A stretch of 64,000 nucleotides of DNA from an uncultured bacterium (GTDB lineage Bacteria; Eisenbacteria; RBG-16-71-46; CAIMUX01; WJJG01): positions 69,634-133,633 of the forward strand of contig CAZRWW010000001.1 of assembly GCA_964603725.1 (NCBI GenBank), in the 5' to 3' direction. Below, one piece after another: positions 1 to 14,354 of this stretch. Within the stretch, counting starts at the first letter, position 1. Every line of letters starts with the position of its first letter. Position numbers and translations under genes: made by a program. Below the pieces are notes generated by a model. The model saw nothing but the letters and a program-made list of their open reading frames with translations, had not been told where the DNA came from and made no database searches.

Positions 1-1110
1 CAGCGCCTTGCGCGTCCCCCGCGGCACGGGGTACTCGCCGAGGCGGGCGGGGTCGACCCAGCGAATCTCGGCCGGGCCCGCCCCCAGGCGACCCCGCTGA
101 TTCGTTTCGCCCTCGAAGAGCTGCAGCGTGACGCGGAAGTGCGTGTAGGCGTGCTCCACCTCGCCGAGCAGGCGCAGACCCCGGAGGCGATCGATGCCCG
201 CCTCCTCGCGCAGTTCGCGCCGCAGGGCGGCCGCGGCCTCTTCGCCCGGCTCGATCTTGCCGCCCGGCAGCTCCCACAGCCCGCCCAGGAAGCCGTCGTC
301 GGGACGCCGCGCCAGCAGAACGCGGCCGGCGCCGTCGCGCAGGTAGGCGATCGCCACCTGGTGATGCGGCCGTTGCGGGCGCGGCCGCATCCGGGGTCGG
401 GCCGCCACGGTGCCTGCCCGACGCGCGCGGCAGAAGCCCCGGATCGGGCAGTCCGGACAGAGGGGGTTGCGCGGCCGGCAGATCGTGGCGCCCATCTCCA
501 TGAGAGCCTGCGCCATGGCGCCGACCTGGGCCGGGCGCAGGCCGCCGAGCAAGGGCTCGCCGGCAGCGCGGTAATCCCGTTCGCGCAGCGTATCCAGGTC
601 ACACAGCCTCGACAGCACCCGGCGCACGTTGCCATCCAGCGGCAGGTGCGGCTCGCCGTGCGCGATGGACCACACCGCCGCCGCCGTGTAGTCCCCTACC
701 CCGGGCAAGCGACGGAAGGCCGCGTGCGCGGGCGGCAGGCCGCGGTGGTGGGCGATGCAGAATCGGGCCGCCGCCAGCAGGGCCCGGGCGCGCCGGTAGT
801 AACCCAACCCTTCCCAGGCCTTGAGCACCGCCTGCGGGGAAGCGGCGGCCAGCGTCGCCAGGTCCGGAAAGCGCTTCAAGAACGCATCATAGTAGCGCCG
901 GACCGTCTCGACCTGCGTCTGCTGCAGCATGACCTCGGACACCCAGATGCGATAGGGGTCGCGCGTGCGGCGCCAGGGCAGATCACGGGCCGCACGCGCA
1001 TACCAGGCGAGCAGGGCGCGCTGAATCCGCGGCGTCCGGCGCGGGGACCGGCCCGCGGCAGGGCGCCCGGGCCGGCGGGCGGGAGGCGCAGTGGGGCGGC
1101 TGGATGCCAT
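1..1110 (-). CDS. mutY: A/G-specific adenine DNA glycosylase MutY (HhH-GPD domain plus NUDIX-like C-terminal domain). The 3' end runs off the window.
   Basis: Minus-strand translation starts at ATG (complement of 1108..1110): [20 protein letters not shown]...[35 protein letters not shown]...[12 protein letters not shown]...[17 protein letters not shown]... and ends in a NUDIX-like [13 protein letters not shown]. The frame is open to position 1. The plus-strand ORF 139..1266 is its antisense artefact. Confidence 0.85.
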   Translation of the reverse strand, partial: MASSRPTAPPARRPGRPAAGRSPRRTPRIQRALLAWYARAARDLPWRRTRDPYRIWVSEVMLQQTQVETVRRYYDAFLKRFPDLATLAAASPQAVLKAWEGLGYYRRARALLAAARFCIAHHRGLPPAHAAFRRLPGVGDYTAAAVWSIAHGEPHLPLDGNVRRVLSRLCDLDTLRERDYRAAGEPLLGGLRPAQVGAMAQALMEMGATICRPRNPLCPDCPIRGFCRARRAGTVAARPRMRPRPQRPHHQVAIAYLRDGAGRVLLARRPDDGFLGGLWELPGGKIEPGEEAAAALRRELREEAGIDRLRGLRLLGEVEHAYTHFRVTLQLFEGETNQRGRLGAGPAEIRWVDPARLGEYPVPRGTRKAL

Positions 1111-1431
1111 GACCGCAGCATAGGGCAGGCTCCTCGGCGGGCACAACGCCGCCGGGTCGGCGGGAGGCGCGCTACTGCCAGTCCGGTTCGGCCGCCGGAG
1201 CGGCCGGGGCCCACGGCCCGTTCCGGGGTATTCCTTGACCGGCAAGGTAGGGGAGGCCTAAGCTGATCGGTTCCGGCCTTGCACCAAGGCTCTGAGTCGG
1301 GCGGCGGCGGATGTGCCCGGCCTCCGCGGCGGCGGTTCGCCGGCGTCCCGGGGCCCGCGCGGCGTCCCAGGATCCGCGCTCAGGGCTTCCTTGGGGCCGG
1401 CCGTCGGGGCATTCGTACTGGAGGTTACACC

Positions 1432-5016
<3,585 letters not shown>

Positions 5017-5065
5017 GCGGCCGCTGGATGGCTGCCGCTGCGATACCTGCCAGGAGGGGACGATC

Positions 5066-6058
5066 ATGGACCTGTCGACGAACTACATGGGCCTGGAGCT
5101 CTCCAACCCGTTCATGCCGGGCTCCTCGCCGCTCGTCAAGAACCTCGACACCGTCAAGCGCCTGGAGGACGCCGGCGCGGCGGCCATCGTGATGAACTCG
5201 CTCTTCGAGGAGCAGATCATCGCCGAGGAGCAGGCGGCGGCGGGCGCGATCGACGCGCACACCGATTCCTTCGGGGAGGCGCTGTCGTATTTCCCGCGCG
5301 TCGAGGAATACCGCCTGGGCTCCGAGGAGTACCTGCACCAGATCCAACAGATCAAGAAGTCGGTCGCCATCCCGGTGATCGGCTCGTTGAACGGCGTGAG
5401 CTCGGGCGGCTGGGTCCGCTACGCCAAGCTGATCGCCGAAGCCGGCGCCGACGCCCTGGAGCTCAACGTGTACCATCTGGCCGCGGCCGATGACCGCTGC
5501 GGCGACGTGGTCGAAGTCAAGAGCCTCGATCTGGCCAAGGCGGTCGTGCAAGCGGTGCGGATCCCGGTGGCGGTGAAGGTCTCACCCCACTACACCTCGC
5601 TGCCCGCCTTTGCGCGCTGCATCGAGGACGCCGGCGTGCGGGCGCTGGTGCTGTTCAACCGCTTCTATCAGCCCGACATCGACATCGAGAAGCTGGAGGT
5701 GAAGCGGACGCTCGAGCTGTCGACCTCATCCGAGCTGCTGCTGCGCCTGCGCTGGCTGGCCATCCTGTCCGGACGCACCGGGCTGCACCTGAGCGCGACC
5801 GGCGGCGTGCACACCGCGACCGACGCGATCAAGGCGATCATGGCCGGCGCCGACAGCCTCCAGATGGTCTCGGCGCTGCTCACGCACGGGCCCAAGCACC
5901 TCCAGAAGGTGCGCACGGAGATGGTCTCCTGGATGGAGAAGCACGGCTACGAGTCGATCGCCCAGATGCGCGGCAGCATGAACCTGAAGAACAGCCCCGA
6001 TCCGAGCGCCTACGAGCGGGCGAACTACGTGCACATTCTGCAGACGTGGGAGGCGTAG
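5066..6058 (+). CDS. Dihydroorotate dehydrogenase-like (class 1 DHOD/DHPD family) TIM-barrel flavoprotein
   Basis: MDLSTNYMGLELSNPFMPGSSPL...AIPVIGSLNGVSSGGW...VAVKVSPH... lies immediately downstream of PFOR on the same strand. Confidence 0.8.
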   Translation: MDLSTNYMGLELSNPFMPGSSPLVKNLDTVKRLEDAGAAAIVMNSLFEEQIIAEEQAAAGAIDAHTDSFGEALSYFPRVEEYRLGSEEYLHQIQQIKKSVAIPVIGSLNGVSSGGWVRYAKLIAEAGADALELNVYHLAAADDRCGDVVEVKSLDLAKAVVQAVRIPVAVKVSPHYTSLPAFARCIEDAGVRALVLFNRFYQPDIDIEKLEVKRTLELSTSSELLLRLRWLAILSGRTGLHLSATGGVHTATDAIKAIMAGADSLQMVSALLTHGPKHLQKVRTEMVSWMEKHGYESIAQMRGSMNLKNSPDPSAYERANYVHILQTWEA

Positions 6059-6120
6059 GCCCGCGCGGGGATCGCCACGGCCGCACATCGCGACGGGCCG
6101 CTGCGCCGGGAGGAATCGCC

Positions 6121-8178
6121 ATGGCCGCACGGCGGCGCAGGTTGCGCCCGGATGATCTGTTTCGCCTGAGCATCCCCACCGGCCTCGACCTGGCGCCGGA
6201 CGGGAAGCGGGTGGCCTTCGCCCTCAAGGTCGTCAACGTCCGCGACAACGAGTACAACGCCCACCTCTTCGTGGCCGGGCCCCGCGGCGGCCGGCCCCGG
6301 CAGCTGGCGCGCGGCCGGACCGTCGACAGCGAGCCGCGCTGGTCCCCCGACGGCCGGCACATCGCCTACATTTCCAAGCCGCCGGACGGCATCCCCCAGG
6401 TGCGCATCCTGCCGCTGGAAGGGGGCGAGTCCTGGCAGCTCACGCGGCTCGCGGGCGGCCCCGTGCGACAGCTGAGCTGGTCGCCCGACGGGCGGGCGCT
6501 GCTCTTCTGCCATCGGACCCAGCCGCGGATCGACCCGGAGCAGCGCAAGCGTCGGGCCACGTACAAGCACATCACGCGCATCATGCACAAGCTCGACGGG
6601 GACGGGTTCTTCCCCGCCGAGCGCTGGCACATCTGGAAGGCCTCCTTCCCGGGCGGCCGCCTGCAGCAGCTCACCCGCGGCGAACAGGACGACCTGGAAC
6701 CCGTCTGGAGCCCCGATGGCCGCCGCATCGCCTTCGTCTCGAACAGGGTCCCCGAGGCGGACTATCACCCGGAGAACAGCGACCTCTTCATCATCGGCGC
6801 GGGCGGCCGGGGCCTGCGTCAGGTGACGCGCCGGTTCGGGCCCGTGTCGGCTCCGGCCTGGTCGCTCGACGGCCGCCGCCTGTACTACGTGGGGCACTTC
6901 GGGCCCGAAGGCGAATGGCTGCGCCACCCGCTGCACATCTACTCGATCCCGGCGAGCGGGGGCCGCGTGGTCGACTTGACGCCCGCGCTCGACAACTGGC
7001 CCGGCAACTGGCTGGCCTCGGACACCGCCGGCCCTGGACTGGGATACGTGCGGCTGTTGCCCTTTCAGGACCCCGCCGGCAACCCACCGCCGGGGACCCG
7101 GCCGCCGCGGGGCGCTCCGGTCGAAGCGTCATCCGCGGAGCGACTCGCGTTCCTGCTGAACGAGCACGGCGGCTGCCGGCTCTACTCCATCCCGGCAGGG
7201 GGCGGCCGGGCGCGCGCGGAGCTCGGGGGCCCGGTGAACATCATCGCCGCGGCGCTCCGGCCCGGCACGGGCGAAGCCGCCCTCGCCGTGACGCGCATGC
7301 TGGACTGCGGCGACATCTTCCGCCTGCGGCTGGACGGCGCCGCGGCGACTCGCCGGATCACCCACCTCAACGGCCCGCTGCTGAGCCGCCTGCGGTTGGC
7401 GGAGCCCGAGGAGGTGATCTTCGGCGGCGCCCGCAACCGCCACGTCCCCGTGCACGGCTGGATCCTCAAGCCCCCGGGGTTCCGACCCGGGCGGCGCTAT
7501 CCGCTGGTGCTCTACATTCACGGCGGGCCGATGGCGCAGTTCGGCTACGTCCTCTTCCATGAGCTGCACTTGCTGGCGGCGCAGGGGTACGTCGTCGTGT
7601 TCACCAATCCGCGCGGAAGCTCGGGCTACGGGCTGCGCTTCATGAACTGCATCGAGAACCGCTGGGGCACGGATGACTATGCCGACCTCATGGCCGTGGT
7701 CGACGAGATGGCGCGGGCGCCCTACGTGGACGCCCGGCGCCTCGGGGTGGCGGGCGGCAGCTACGGCGGCTTCATGACCACCTGGATGGTGGGGCACACC
7801 GATCGCTTCCGGGCCGCCGTGACGCAACGCCAGGCCTCCAATCTGCTGATCCAGGTCGGGTCATCCGACTTCGGCTTCCTGCGCACCTACCGGCGCGGGT
7901 CGACCCCCTGGCAGACTCCGATGAAGCACATCGCGGACTCGCCCAACTATTACGCCGACCGCATCCGCACGCCGCTGCTCATCATTCACAGCGAGGAGGA
8001 CCTGCGCTGCCCCATCGCGCAGAGCGAGGAGCTCTTCACCTTCCTGAAGCTGCAGCGCAAGACGGTGGAGATGGTCCGCTTCGAGGGCGAGTCCCACGGG
8101 CTCTCGCGCGGCGGCAAGCCCCGGAACCGCCTCGAGCGACTGGAGCGCATCCTGGACTGGTTCGCGCGCTATCTCTAG
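6121..8178 (+). CDS. S9 family serine peptidase (prolyl oligopeptidase or acylaminoacyl-peptidase type) with an N-terminal TolB-like beta-propeller
   Basis: WSPDGRHIAY and WSPDGRRIAF propeller repeats. The C-terminal alpha/beta hydrolase has GGSYGGFMT (GxSxG) and ends ...EDLRCP. GGGAGGAA lies upstream of the ATG at 6121 (MAARRRRL). Confidence 0.9.
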   Translation: MAARRRRLRPDDLFRLSIPTGLDLAPDGKRVAFALKVVNVRDNEYNAHLFVAGPRGGRPRQLARGRTVDSEPRWSPDGRHIAYISKPPDGIPQVRILPLEGGESWQLTRLAGGPVRQLSWSPDGRALLFCHRTQPRIDPEQRKRRATYKHITRIMHKLDGDGFFPAERWHIWKASFPGGRLQQLTRGEQDDLEPVWSPDGRRIAFVSNRVPEADYHPENSDLFIIGAGGRGLRQVTRRFGPVSAPAWSLDGRRLYYVGHFGPEGEWLRHPLHIYSIPASGGRVVDLTPALDNWPGNWLASDTAGPGLGYVRLLPFQDPAGNPPPGTRPPRGAPVEASSAERLAFLLNEHGGCRLYSIPAGGGRARAELGGPVNIIAAALRPGTGEAALAVTRMLDCGDIFRLRLDGAAATRRITHLNGPLLSRLRLAEPEEVIFGGARNRHVPVHGWILKPPGFRPGRRYPLVLYIHGGPMAQFGYVLFHELHLLAAQGYVVVFTNPRGSSGYGLRFMNCIENRWGTDDYADLMAVVDEMARAPYVDARRLGVAGGSYGGFMTTWMVGHTDRFRAAVTQRQASNLLIQVGSSDFGFLRTYRRGSTPWQTPMKHIADSPNYYADRIRTPLLIIHSEEDLRCPIAQSEELFTFLKLQRKTVEMVRFEGESHGLSRGGKPRNRLERLERILDWFARYL

Positions 8179-8199
8179 CCGGCAGCGCGGGGAGGCCGC

Positions 8200-9042
8200 A
8201 TGGGCCCCGACAGGGACAGGACAATCCCGGAGGAGCTGCTCCGGCAGCGCCTGGCCCGCTTGACGAAGGCGAGCGTGATCGACTGGCTCATTGAGCGCAG
8301 CCGTCTGGATGCCGCCCTGCGCCAGGATCTCGCCCAACTGGCCGGGCCCGCGCGCCTCCAGCCGCCCGCGCCCGAGTCGGCCAGCGAGCCTGTCCGACTG
8401 GCGCGCCGGATGCTCGCCGCCGGCCGGCCGGCCGACGCGCTGGAGCACCTCGACCGCCTGCGGGATGCCGATCCCCAGACTCGTGAGCCGGACGATGCGC
8501 CGGCGTTGCGCGGCGAGGCGCTCCTGGCGCTGGGGCGCCCGACCGAGGCCTTCGAGGTCCTGTGGGGGGCCTTCCGCCACACGCTCCGGGTGGGGTTCCT
8601 GCGCAGCGCCATCGCCCTGGCGCCGCGCGGTCGGGCCGCGCACATCGACGCCGACGCCCTGGACGAGGCCGAGGCCCATCCCGATGCCGACCTGGCCTTG
8701 GGGTTCCTGATCGCTCGCGGCGCGCTCGACCGGGCGGCTGGACTGATCGAGCGCCGGTTCGCCGAGCTCTCGGTGACCGCCCGCACGGGGCTGAAGCCGG
8801 TGGCCGCCGCGCTGCGCGAGGATGACCCGCGTCAGTCCTGGCAGCTCCTGCGGCTCATGCTGATCGACCTGCTGGAGACCGGCGGCGCCCGCTCCTATGC
8901 GCAGGCGAGCGATCAGCTCGGGCAGATGCGGCAGCTCGCCCGTAGCGGCGGCTTCGTCCGCGAGCACGACGCCTTCGTCGAGCAGCTTCGCCAGGACTAC
9001 CGGCGCAAGACGGCTTTCTGGCGCATGGCCTCCGCGGAGTGA
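8200..9042 (+). CDS. Hypothetical protein (helical, TPR-like?)
   Basis: The ORF starts 22 nt after the peptidase stop on the same strand. Composition is Ala/Leu/Arg/Asp-rich but not low-complexity. I recognise no family. Confidence 0.45.
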   Translation: MGPDRDRTIPEELLRQRLARLTKASVIDWLIERSRLDAALRQDLAQLAGPARLQPPAPESASEPVRLARRMLAAGRPADALEHLDRLRDADPQTREPDDAPALRGEALLALGRPTEAFEVLWGAFRHTLRVGFLRSAIALAPRGRAAHIDADALDEAEAHPDADLALGFLIARGALDRAAGLIERRFAELSVTARTGLKPVAAALREDDPRQSWQLLRLMLIDLLETGGARSYAQASDQLGQMRQLARSGGFVREHDAFVEQLRQDYRRKTAFWRMASAE

Positions 9043-9227
9043 GCTCCGCCGCGCGAGCCCCGGCGGCCCGAGCCGGCCGCGGGAGCCCAGCCGAGTGAGT
9101 TCTTTCGCCGCCGCTCGTTCTTCGGGTAGAGTCTCCCGCGTGCCATCCATCACCGTGCGGGGCGCCGGTCGCCCGGCGGCGATTCGGCCAGCGACCGGCA
9201 GAGGGGCCAGCAGGAAAGGGGACCGCT

Positions 9228-9947
9228 ATGAAGTGGAGGATTCTTGTCGCGGTGGGCGTGGCTGCGCTCGCGCTCCCGCTGTCGACCTGTACATCGGACA
9301 ACCAGGAGCCGGCGAAGATCGAGCTCGTCACCAATCAGGACAAGCTCAGCTATGCCTTCGGCATGAACATCGCCGAATCGCTGCAGCCGATGGTCGCTGA
9401 CATCAGGGTGGAGATTCTCCTGCGCGGACTCCAGGATGTGCTCGCGCAGCGCGAGCCCCTGATGACCTACGAGCAGGCCAGCGCGGTCATCTCCGAGTAC
9501 TCGGACCGGCGGCGCGCCGAAGGCGAGAAGGAGAGACGGGCCACGGGCGAGAAGAACCTGCAGGACGGGCAGGCCTTTCTGGCCGAGAACGCCAAGGTCG
9601 AGGGGGTCATCACCACCGCCAGCGGGCTGCAGTACCAGGTCATGCAGGAAGGCACCGGCCCGAAGCCGAAGGTCACCGACCGGGTGCGCGTGCACTACAA
9701 AGGCACGTTGATCGACGGCAAGGTCTTCGACAGCAGCTACGACCGGAACGAGCCGGCCGTGTTCGAGCTGAATCGCGTCATCCGGGGCTGGGTCGAGGGA
9801 GTCCAGTTGATGAGCGTGGGCAGCAAGTACAAGTTCTTCATTCCGTCCGAGCTGGCGTACGGAGAGTCGGGACCTCCCGGAATCGGTCCCAACGCCGTGC
9901 TCGTCTTCGAGGTGGAACTGCTGGGCATCGAGGGATCCTCGAACTGA
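9228..9947 (+). CDS. FKBP-type peptidyl-prolyl cis-trans isomerase, lipoprotein
   Basis: Signal peptide with lipobox MKWRILVAVGVAALALPLSTC. The FKBP domain has VHYKGTLIDGKVFDSSYDRNEPAVFELNRVIRGWVEGVQLMSVGSKYKFFIPSELAYGE. Confidence 0.92.
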   Translation: MKWRILVAVGVAALALPLSTCTSDNQEPAKIELVTNQDKLSYAFGMNIAESLQPMVADIRVEILLRGLQDVLAQREPLMTYEQASAVISEYSDRRRAEGEKERRATGEKNLQDGQAFLAENAKVEGVITTASGLQYQVMQEGTGPKPKVTDRVRVHYKGTLIDGKVFDSSYDRNEPAVFELNRVIRGWVEGVQLMSVGSKYKFFIPSELAYGESGPPGIGPNAVLVFEVELLGIEGSSN

Positions 9948-9957
9948 CGTGGGCGAC

Positions 9958-11334
9958 ATGAGCGCGAGCGGCCCCGCACGGCTGTTCAACCGGAACTTCA
10001 CGCTGCTCTGGCAGGCCCAGTTGGTCAGCCAGATTGGCAACCAGCTCCACGCGGTGGCGATGATGTTCTGGGTCAAGCACGCCACCGGGTCCGCCACGCT
10101 GATGGGCACGCTCATGATGGTCGCGATGCTGCCTGGGGTGCTGCTCGGGCCCCTGGGCGGCACGCTGGCCGATCGCTTCTCGCGCCGTTCGATCATCATC
10201 GCCAGCGACCTGGCGCGAGGCTTGCTCGTGCTCTCGCTGGCGGCGCTCCTGTTCCTCCGGCCGCAGGCGACCGGCCAGCAGGTGGTGTGGCTCTTCTTCA
10301 TCGGGATCAGCGCGGCGGTGCTGGGCGCCTTCTTCCGTCCGGCGGTCAGCGCCGCCGTACCCGATCTGGTGCCACGCGAGCGGCTGGCGGCGGCGAACTC
10401 CCTGCTGCAATCGAGCTACCAGCTCACCACCTTCGTCGGCCAGGGAATCGGCGGCACGCTCTTTCGTTTGCTGGGCGCGCCGGCGCTCTTCCTTATCGAC
10501 GGGCTCACTTACATCGCCTGCGCCATCGCCGAGTGCTTCGTGCGGATACCCCAGAGCCTGCCCGAGCGGGCGGGCAGCGCGCGGGAGTTCTTCGCCAAGT
10601 TCGCCGCCGAGACGCGCGCGGGCTTCCGCTACGTCTGGAGGCAACGCGGGCTGCGCAGCCTCTTCGGCGCGGCGGCGCTACTCAACTTCCTCTTCTCGCC
10701 GCTGGTGGTCATGCTGCCCTTCTATGTCGAAGATCATCTGCTCACCGCGCCGGGGGTGCGCGCCACGCCGGACTGGCTGGGATTCCTGCTGGCCGCCATG
10801 GGTATCGGCGCCCTGATCGGCTACGGCCTGGCGGGCGCGCTGCGCCTGCCCGGCCGCCGGCGGGCGGCGCTGTCGATCGGGTCGCTGTGGCTGGTCTGCG
10901 CGGCCATGGGCGCGGCGGGTCTGACCGACCGCGCGATCGTGGCGCTGGCCCTCTTCCTGCTCATGGGGGCCGCCAGCGGCATCGTCAACATCGGCATCGC
11001 GACGACCTTGCAGCTCACCACGCCCGGCGAGATCCGCGGGCGCGTCTTCGGGCTGCTGGGCACGCTCGCCGGCGGGCTCGCCCCGATCGGCATGGGCTTG
11101 GCGGGGATCGTCGTCGACGCGGTGGGACACGACATCCCGCTCATCCTGCGCGCGTGCGGGCTGGCCGCCGTGCTCGCCATGGTGCCGATCGCGCTCGATC
11201 GCTCGCTCTGGTCGTTCCTGGCCTACGAAGCACCGGCGCAGTCAGGCCCGGCCGCGGAGACCGGAGGGGCGGCGCCGGCCGCCTCGGCCTCGGATGCGGC
11301 CCGCGCCGGCGGTTCTACAGACTCCCGAGCTTGA
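9958..11334 (+). CDS. MFS transporter (EntS/YbdA-like efflux family)
   Basis: NFTLLWQAQLVSQIGNQLH... and multiple TM helices. A GxLaDRxgrR motif is GGTLADRFSRR. The track start GTG at 9949 is in frame, and ATG at 9958 is preferred. The low-complexity C-tail overlaps the convergent CHAT gene by about 20 nt. Confidence 0.88.
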   Translation: MSASGPARLFNRNFTLLWQAQLVSQIGNQLHAVAMMFWVKHATGSATLMGTLMMVAMLPGVLLGPLGGTLADRFSRRSIIIASDLARGLLVLSLAALLFLRPQATGQQVVWLFFIGISAAVLGAFFRPAVSAAVPDLVPRERLAAANSLLQSSYQLTTFVGQGIGGTLFRLLGAPALFLIDGLTYIACAIAECFVRIPQSLPERAGSAREFFAKFAAETRAGFRYVWRQRGLRSLFGAAALLNFLFSPLVVMLPFYVEDHLLTAPGVRATPDWLGFLLAAMGIGALIGYGLAGALRLPGRRRAALSIGSLWLVCAAMGAAGLTDRAIVALALFLLMGAASGIVNIGIATTLQLTTPGEIRGRVFGLLGTLAGGLAPIGMGLAGIVVDAVGHDIPLILRACGLAAVLAMVPIALDRSLWSFLAYEAPAQSGPAAETGGAAPAASASDAARAGGSTDSRA

Positions 11335-14242
11335 CCGCGTACGCGGCCCACGTGAACGGGTGCCGGGCGCCCCGGGAACCCTGCAGGTAGGCGCGCTGGG
11401 CCTCGGACAGCGCCTGTTCGGGCGGGGCTCCGTTTCCGGCCCACGCTTGGATGAACCCCCGCATGAGCTCGGCGGCCTCGTCGTCGCGCACGCGCCAGTA
11501 GGTGTCGACCACCGCGGCCGCGCCCGCATCGACGAGCGCGTCGCCCAGGCCCGGCGTGGTCTTCCCGGCTGCTGCATAGGGCGCGCCGCTGGCGCACCCG
11601 GAGAGAACGACCAGCCGGCAGCGCCGCAGATCCCCGGCCCGCACGTCGTCGATGTCCAGATAGGACGCCTCGATCTGCGCTGTGTCCGCGGCCGGGGAGA
11701 GCGGCAGAAAGGTGAGGTACGGCAGCTCCGGGTCGCGGATGAAATGCGCCGCGGCGTAGATGAACGACGCCTGTTCCCAGACCGCAAAGAGAGCCGGCTT
11801 GGTGGCGTCCGCCCCGGTGAAAGTCCGCGCTCCCGGCCGGAGCGCCGCCAGCAGCCTGACCTCGCTCTGCGCCGCCCCCAAGCCGGCCAGGGCCGGGTAG
11901 CGGCGCCGGATCGCGGCGGCGGGCTGCGGATCCGACAGGATCACGCCGGGCCCGGCCGAGTTGGCCGGCCCGCCGCCGCGCTCGAGCCGCAACTGCGCCA
12001 CGGCGTAGCGGGCCACCAGGGGCTCGTAGCCATCGCCGGTGTTCAAGTTGTACGCGGCGAAGGGCAGCAAGCCCAGGAAACCATCCGGCGAGACGATGAC
12101 CTCCGCGATCTCGCGCGGCCCGGCCGCCAGTGAGACCTCGCGCGGCGCGGCCGGCAGCAGGATCTCGGGCGGCAGCAAGGTGGCGGCGATCCCGTGCAGC
12201 AGGCGGGTCAACTCGGGCCCGGGAGGCGCCTCGACGTCCCCCGGATCCTGCGACACCAGCGTCAAGGCTCGGGCCACCTCGGCTCGCAGCTCCTCGGCGG
12301 CGACCGCCAGCGTATCCAGGCGCACGCCGCCCGGACCGGCGCTCCAGCGCAGGAGCGCCCCCGGCGCGATGAGGTAGACGAGGTGCGCCGCGCGCCGCTC
12401 CCGCAGGCGCGCCAGCACGGGAGCGATCAGCGGCTGCACCTGGCCCGCACCCTCGAGGATCCGGCCCGGCTCCGGCCATCGTTCGGGCCGCCCGAAGGCT
12501 GCCGCGCGCGCCGGTCCGGCGGGAACGCCGTTCGGCATGCCTGGCCGGCGGGCGTCGCGCCCCCAGCCCGGGCTCTCCCCCTCGCCCAGAATCAGCGGCA
12601 GCTGCCGCCAGGAGAGCTCGAGCGCGTAGCCGGCAGCCGGATCGTCGCGCAGGAGCTCGTGCAGCGCGTAGCGCAGCTCATCGCAGACGTTCAGGAAGCC
12701 GTAGCCCTGGGCGCCGGCCTCGGCGTGCGCGAGGAACCCTCGCATGCGCGTCAAACCCGCGCGCAGGACCGCGCGCGCGGCCGGGCGGTCGTTCTCGGCC
12801 AGGTGGATTCTCGCCAGGCACGCGTCGTGGAAGATCCAGGCCTCCCGCAGCGCGCGCTCGCCGCCGGGCCCCAGCTCGGCGGCCTGCCGGCGGAAGTCGC
12901 CAAGCGTCTGCAGCGCGGCCGCTTGGTTGCCGAGGTCGCGCAGCGCGAGGGCCAGCACGATGAGGAATCGTCCGCGCGTGGCCGGCAAGGGGCCCGCGGC
13001 GCTCTGCACCAGCCCACGGCCGATGACGGGCAGCGCCGGGCCGGGACGCCCGTTGGCGAGCAGGCCCTGACTCCACGCGTAGAGCAGCTGCAAGTAGTCG
13101 TAGCGGTTGGGCAGCCCGCGCAGCTCGCGCTCGAGGCGCTCGAAGATCGGCAGCGCCTCGTCGACGCGGCCGAGGGACATCAGGTATCGCGCTTCCATCT
13201 CGTCCAGCCGCAGTCCGATGACCCGCTGCTCGACGACGCGCGGCGAGCGGACCGACTCGCGTTGGAGCACGCGCGCCCGTTGGAGCAGCTGCTCGACCAC
13301 CTGCAGGCGGCCGTGCTCGGCGTGGAAGAAGAGCGTCGCCAGGATGAAGCGCAGCTCCAGGTAGCCGCCCTTGTACTCCCGGCAGATTTCCTGGGCCGCG
13401 GTGTGCCGATCGGCCGCCAGCGCCAGGCGGCCCAGGCTGGCGTAGTAGTCGGCGTAATTGGACATGACCGCGGCCGCATGCTCCGGCAGCCGGTGGCGCG
13501 TCGCGATGACCATCGATTCGTTCCAGGTCACGGCCATGGAGTCGATGCGCCCCGCCTCGCGGTGAAACGAGCCCAGCGCTCCCAGGATCTGGGCGGTCAT
13601 GATCGTCAGATCCCCGCGCCGCGCGGCATCCAGCGCGCGGTGCAGGAAGCGCGCGCGCTCCGGCTCGTTGCCCAGCGATGCCATGAACTCCGCCACGGCG
13701 AAGTCGGCCACCGCGGCGGTCATCCAGTCGCCGGCCGATCGGAAGCGCTCCCCGTACGCCCGGAGCAGATCCGTCTTCTCGCCCAGGAGCAGCTCGGGGT
13801 CGAGGTAGACCGCGTTCATCTCCATCTCGAGCCGGCCCAGCTCCGCGCCGGCCTCGGCCGGCAACCCCATCCAGAAGTGATCGTCGCGCAGGAACTCGAC
13901 ACAGCCGTACTGGGAGGCGAGCTGCTGGGACAGGCGGCCGATGTGGGGCATGAGGGCGCGAACGCTGCGCGCGTAGCTCTCGGCGGTGTCGAAAACCAGC
14001 GCATGCCGGAGCGCCAGACGGGCGTCGATCAGCTCCTTGATGCCGGTGTCCGAGCAATAGCGCGCGAAGTCCTCGTCGGCGTCGTGAACCAGCCGCCGCG
14101 CCATGACGGGGTCCAGTTCGGGCGCCAGGGCGAGCAGGCGGTCGGCGGCGTCGTTGGCGCATCCGCACAGCGCGGCGAGGCAGCCGAGCAGCACCAGGCG
14201 GAGGACCGCCTCGAACTTGCGCGCAGCGTCTGGAATCCCCAT
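11315..14242 (-). CDS. CHAT-domain (caspase-like) protease with N-terminal TPR repeats; a probable secreted lipoprotein
   Basis: The C-terminus has RCRLVVLSGCASG...GLGDALVDAGAAAVVDTYWRVRDDEAAELMRGFI, the CHAT catalytic region. TPR-like repeats lie upstream. The likely start is MGIPDAARKFEAVLRLVLLGCLAALCGC (signal plus lipobox LLGC). The track ORF extends to 14446. Confidence 0.8.
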   Translation of the reverse strand: MGIPDAARKFEAVLRLVLLGCLAALCGCANDAADRLLALAPELDPVMARRLVHDADEDFARYCSDTGIKELIDARLALRHALVFDTAESYARSVRALMPHIGRLSQQLASQYGCVEFLRDDHFWMGLPAEAGAELGRLEMEMNAVYLDPELLLGEKTDLLRAYGERFRSAGDWMTAAVADFAVAEFMASLGNEPERARFLHRALDAARRGDLTIMTAQILGALGSFHREAGRIDSMAVTWNESMVIATRHRLPEHAAAVMSNYADYYASLGRLALAADRHTAAQEICREYKGGYLELRFILATLFFHAEHGRLQVVEQLLQRARVLQRESVRSPRVVEQRVIGLRLDEMEARYLMSLGRVDEALPIFERLERELRGLPNRYDYLQLLYAWSQGLLANGRPGPALPVIGRGLVQSAAGPLPATRGRFLIVLALALRDLGNQAAALQTLGDFRRQAAELGPGGERALREAWIFHDACLARIHLAENDRPAARAVLRAGLTRMRGFLAHAEAGAQGYGFLNVCDELRYALHELLRDDPAAGYALELSWRQLPLILGEGESPGWGRDARRPGMPNGVPAGPARAAAFGRPERWPEPGRILEGAGQVQPLIAPVLARLRERRAAHLVYLIAPGALLRWSAGPGGVRLDTLAVAAEELRAEVARALTLVSQDPGDVEAPPGPELTRLLHGIAATLLPPEILLPAAPREVSLAAGPREIAEVIVSPDGFLGLLPFAAYNLNTGDGYEPLVARYAVAQLRLERGGGPANSAGPGVILSDPQPAAAIRRRYPALAGLGAAQSEVRLLAALRPGARTFTGADATKPALFAVWEQASFIYAAAHFIRDPELPYLTFLPLSPAADTAQIEASYLDIDDVRAGDLRRCRLVVLSGCASGAPYAAAGKTTPGLGDALVDAGAAAVVDTYWRVRDDEAAELMRGFIQAWAGNGAPPEQALSEAQRAYLQGSRGARHPFTWAAYAVKLGSL

Positions 14243-14354
14243 CCCCGGGATCGTATCAGAAGGCCAGGAGCCGCAGAATCTCGAACCTACCGCTTGCCTG
14301 GACCCTGGCAGCGCCCTAGGCTGATCAAGGAGCCGGGGCCGAACGGGGCCGACC

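Noticed and set aside
139-1266. Plus-strand ORF (375 aa) at the window start
   Set aside because: It is antisense to a clear MutY reading frame with HhH-GPD and NUDIX motifs. Its composition is Arg/Gly/Ala-rich.
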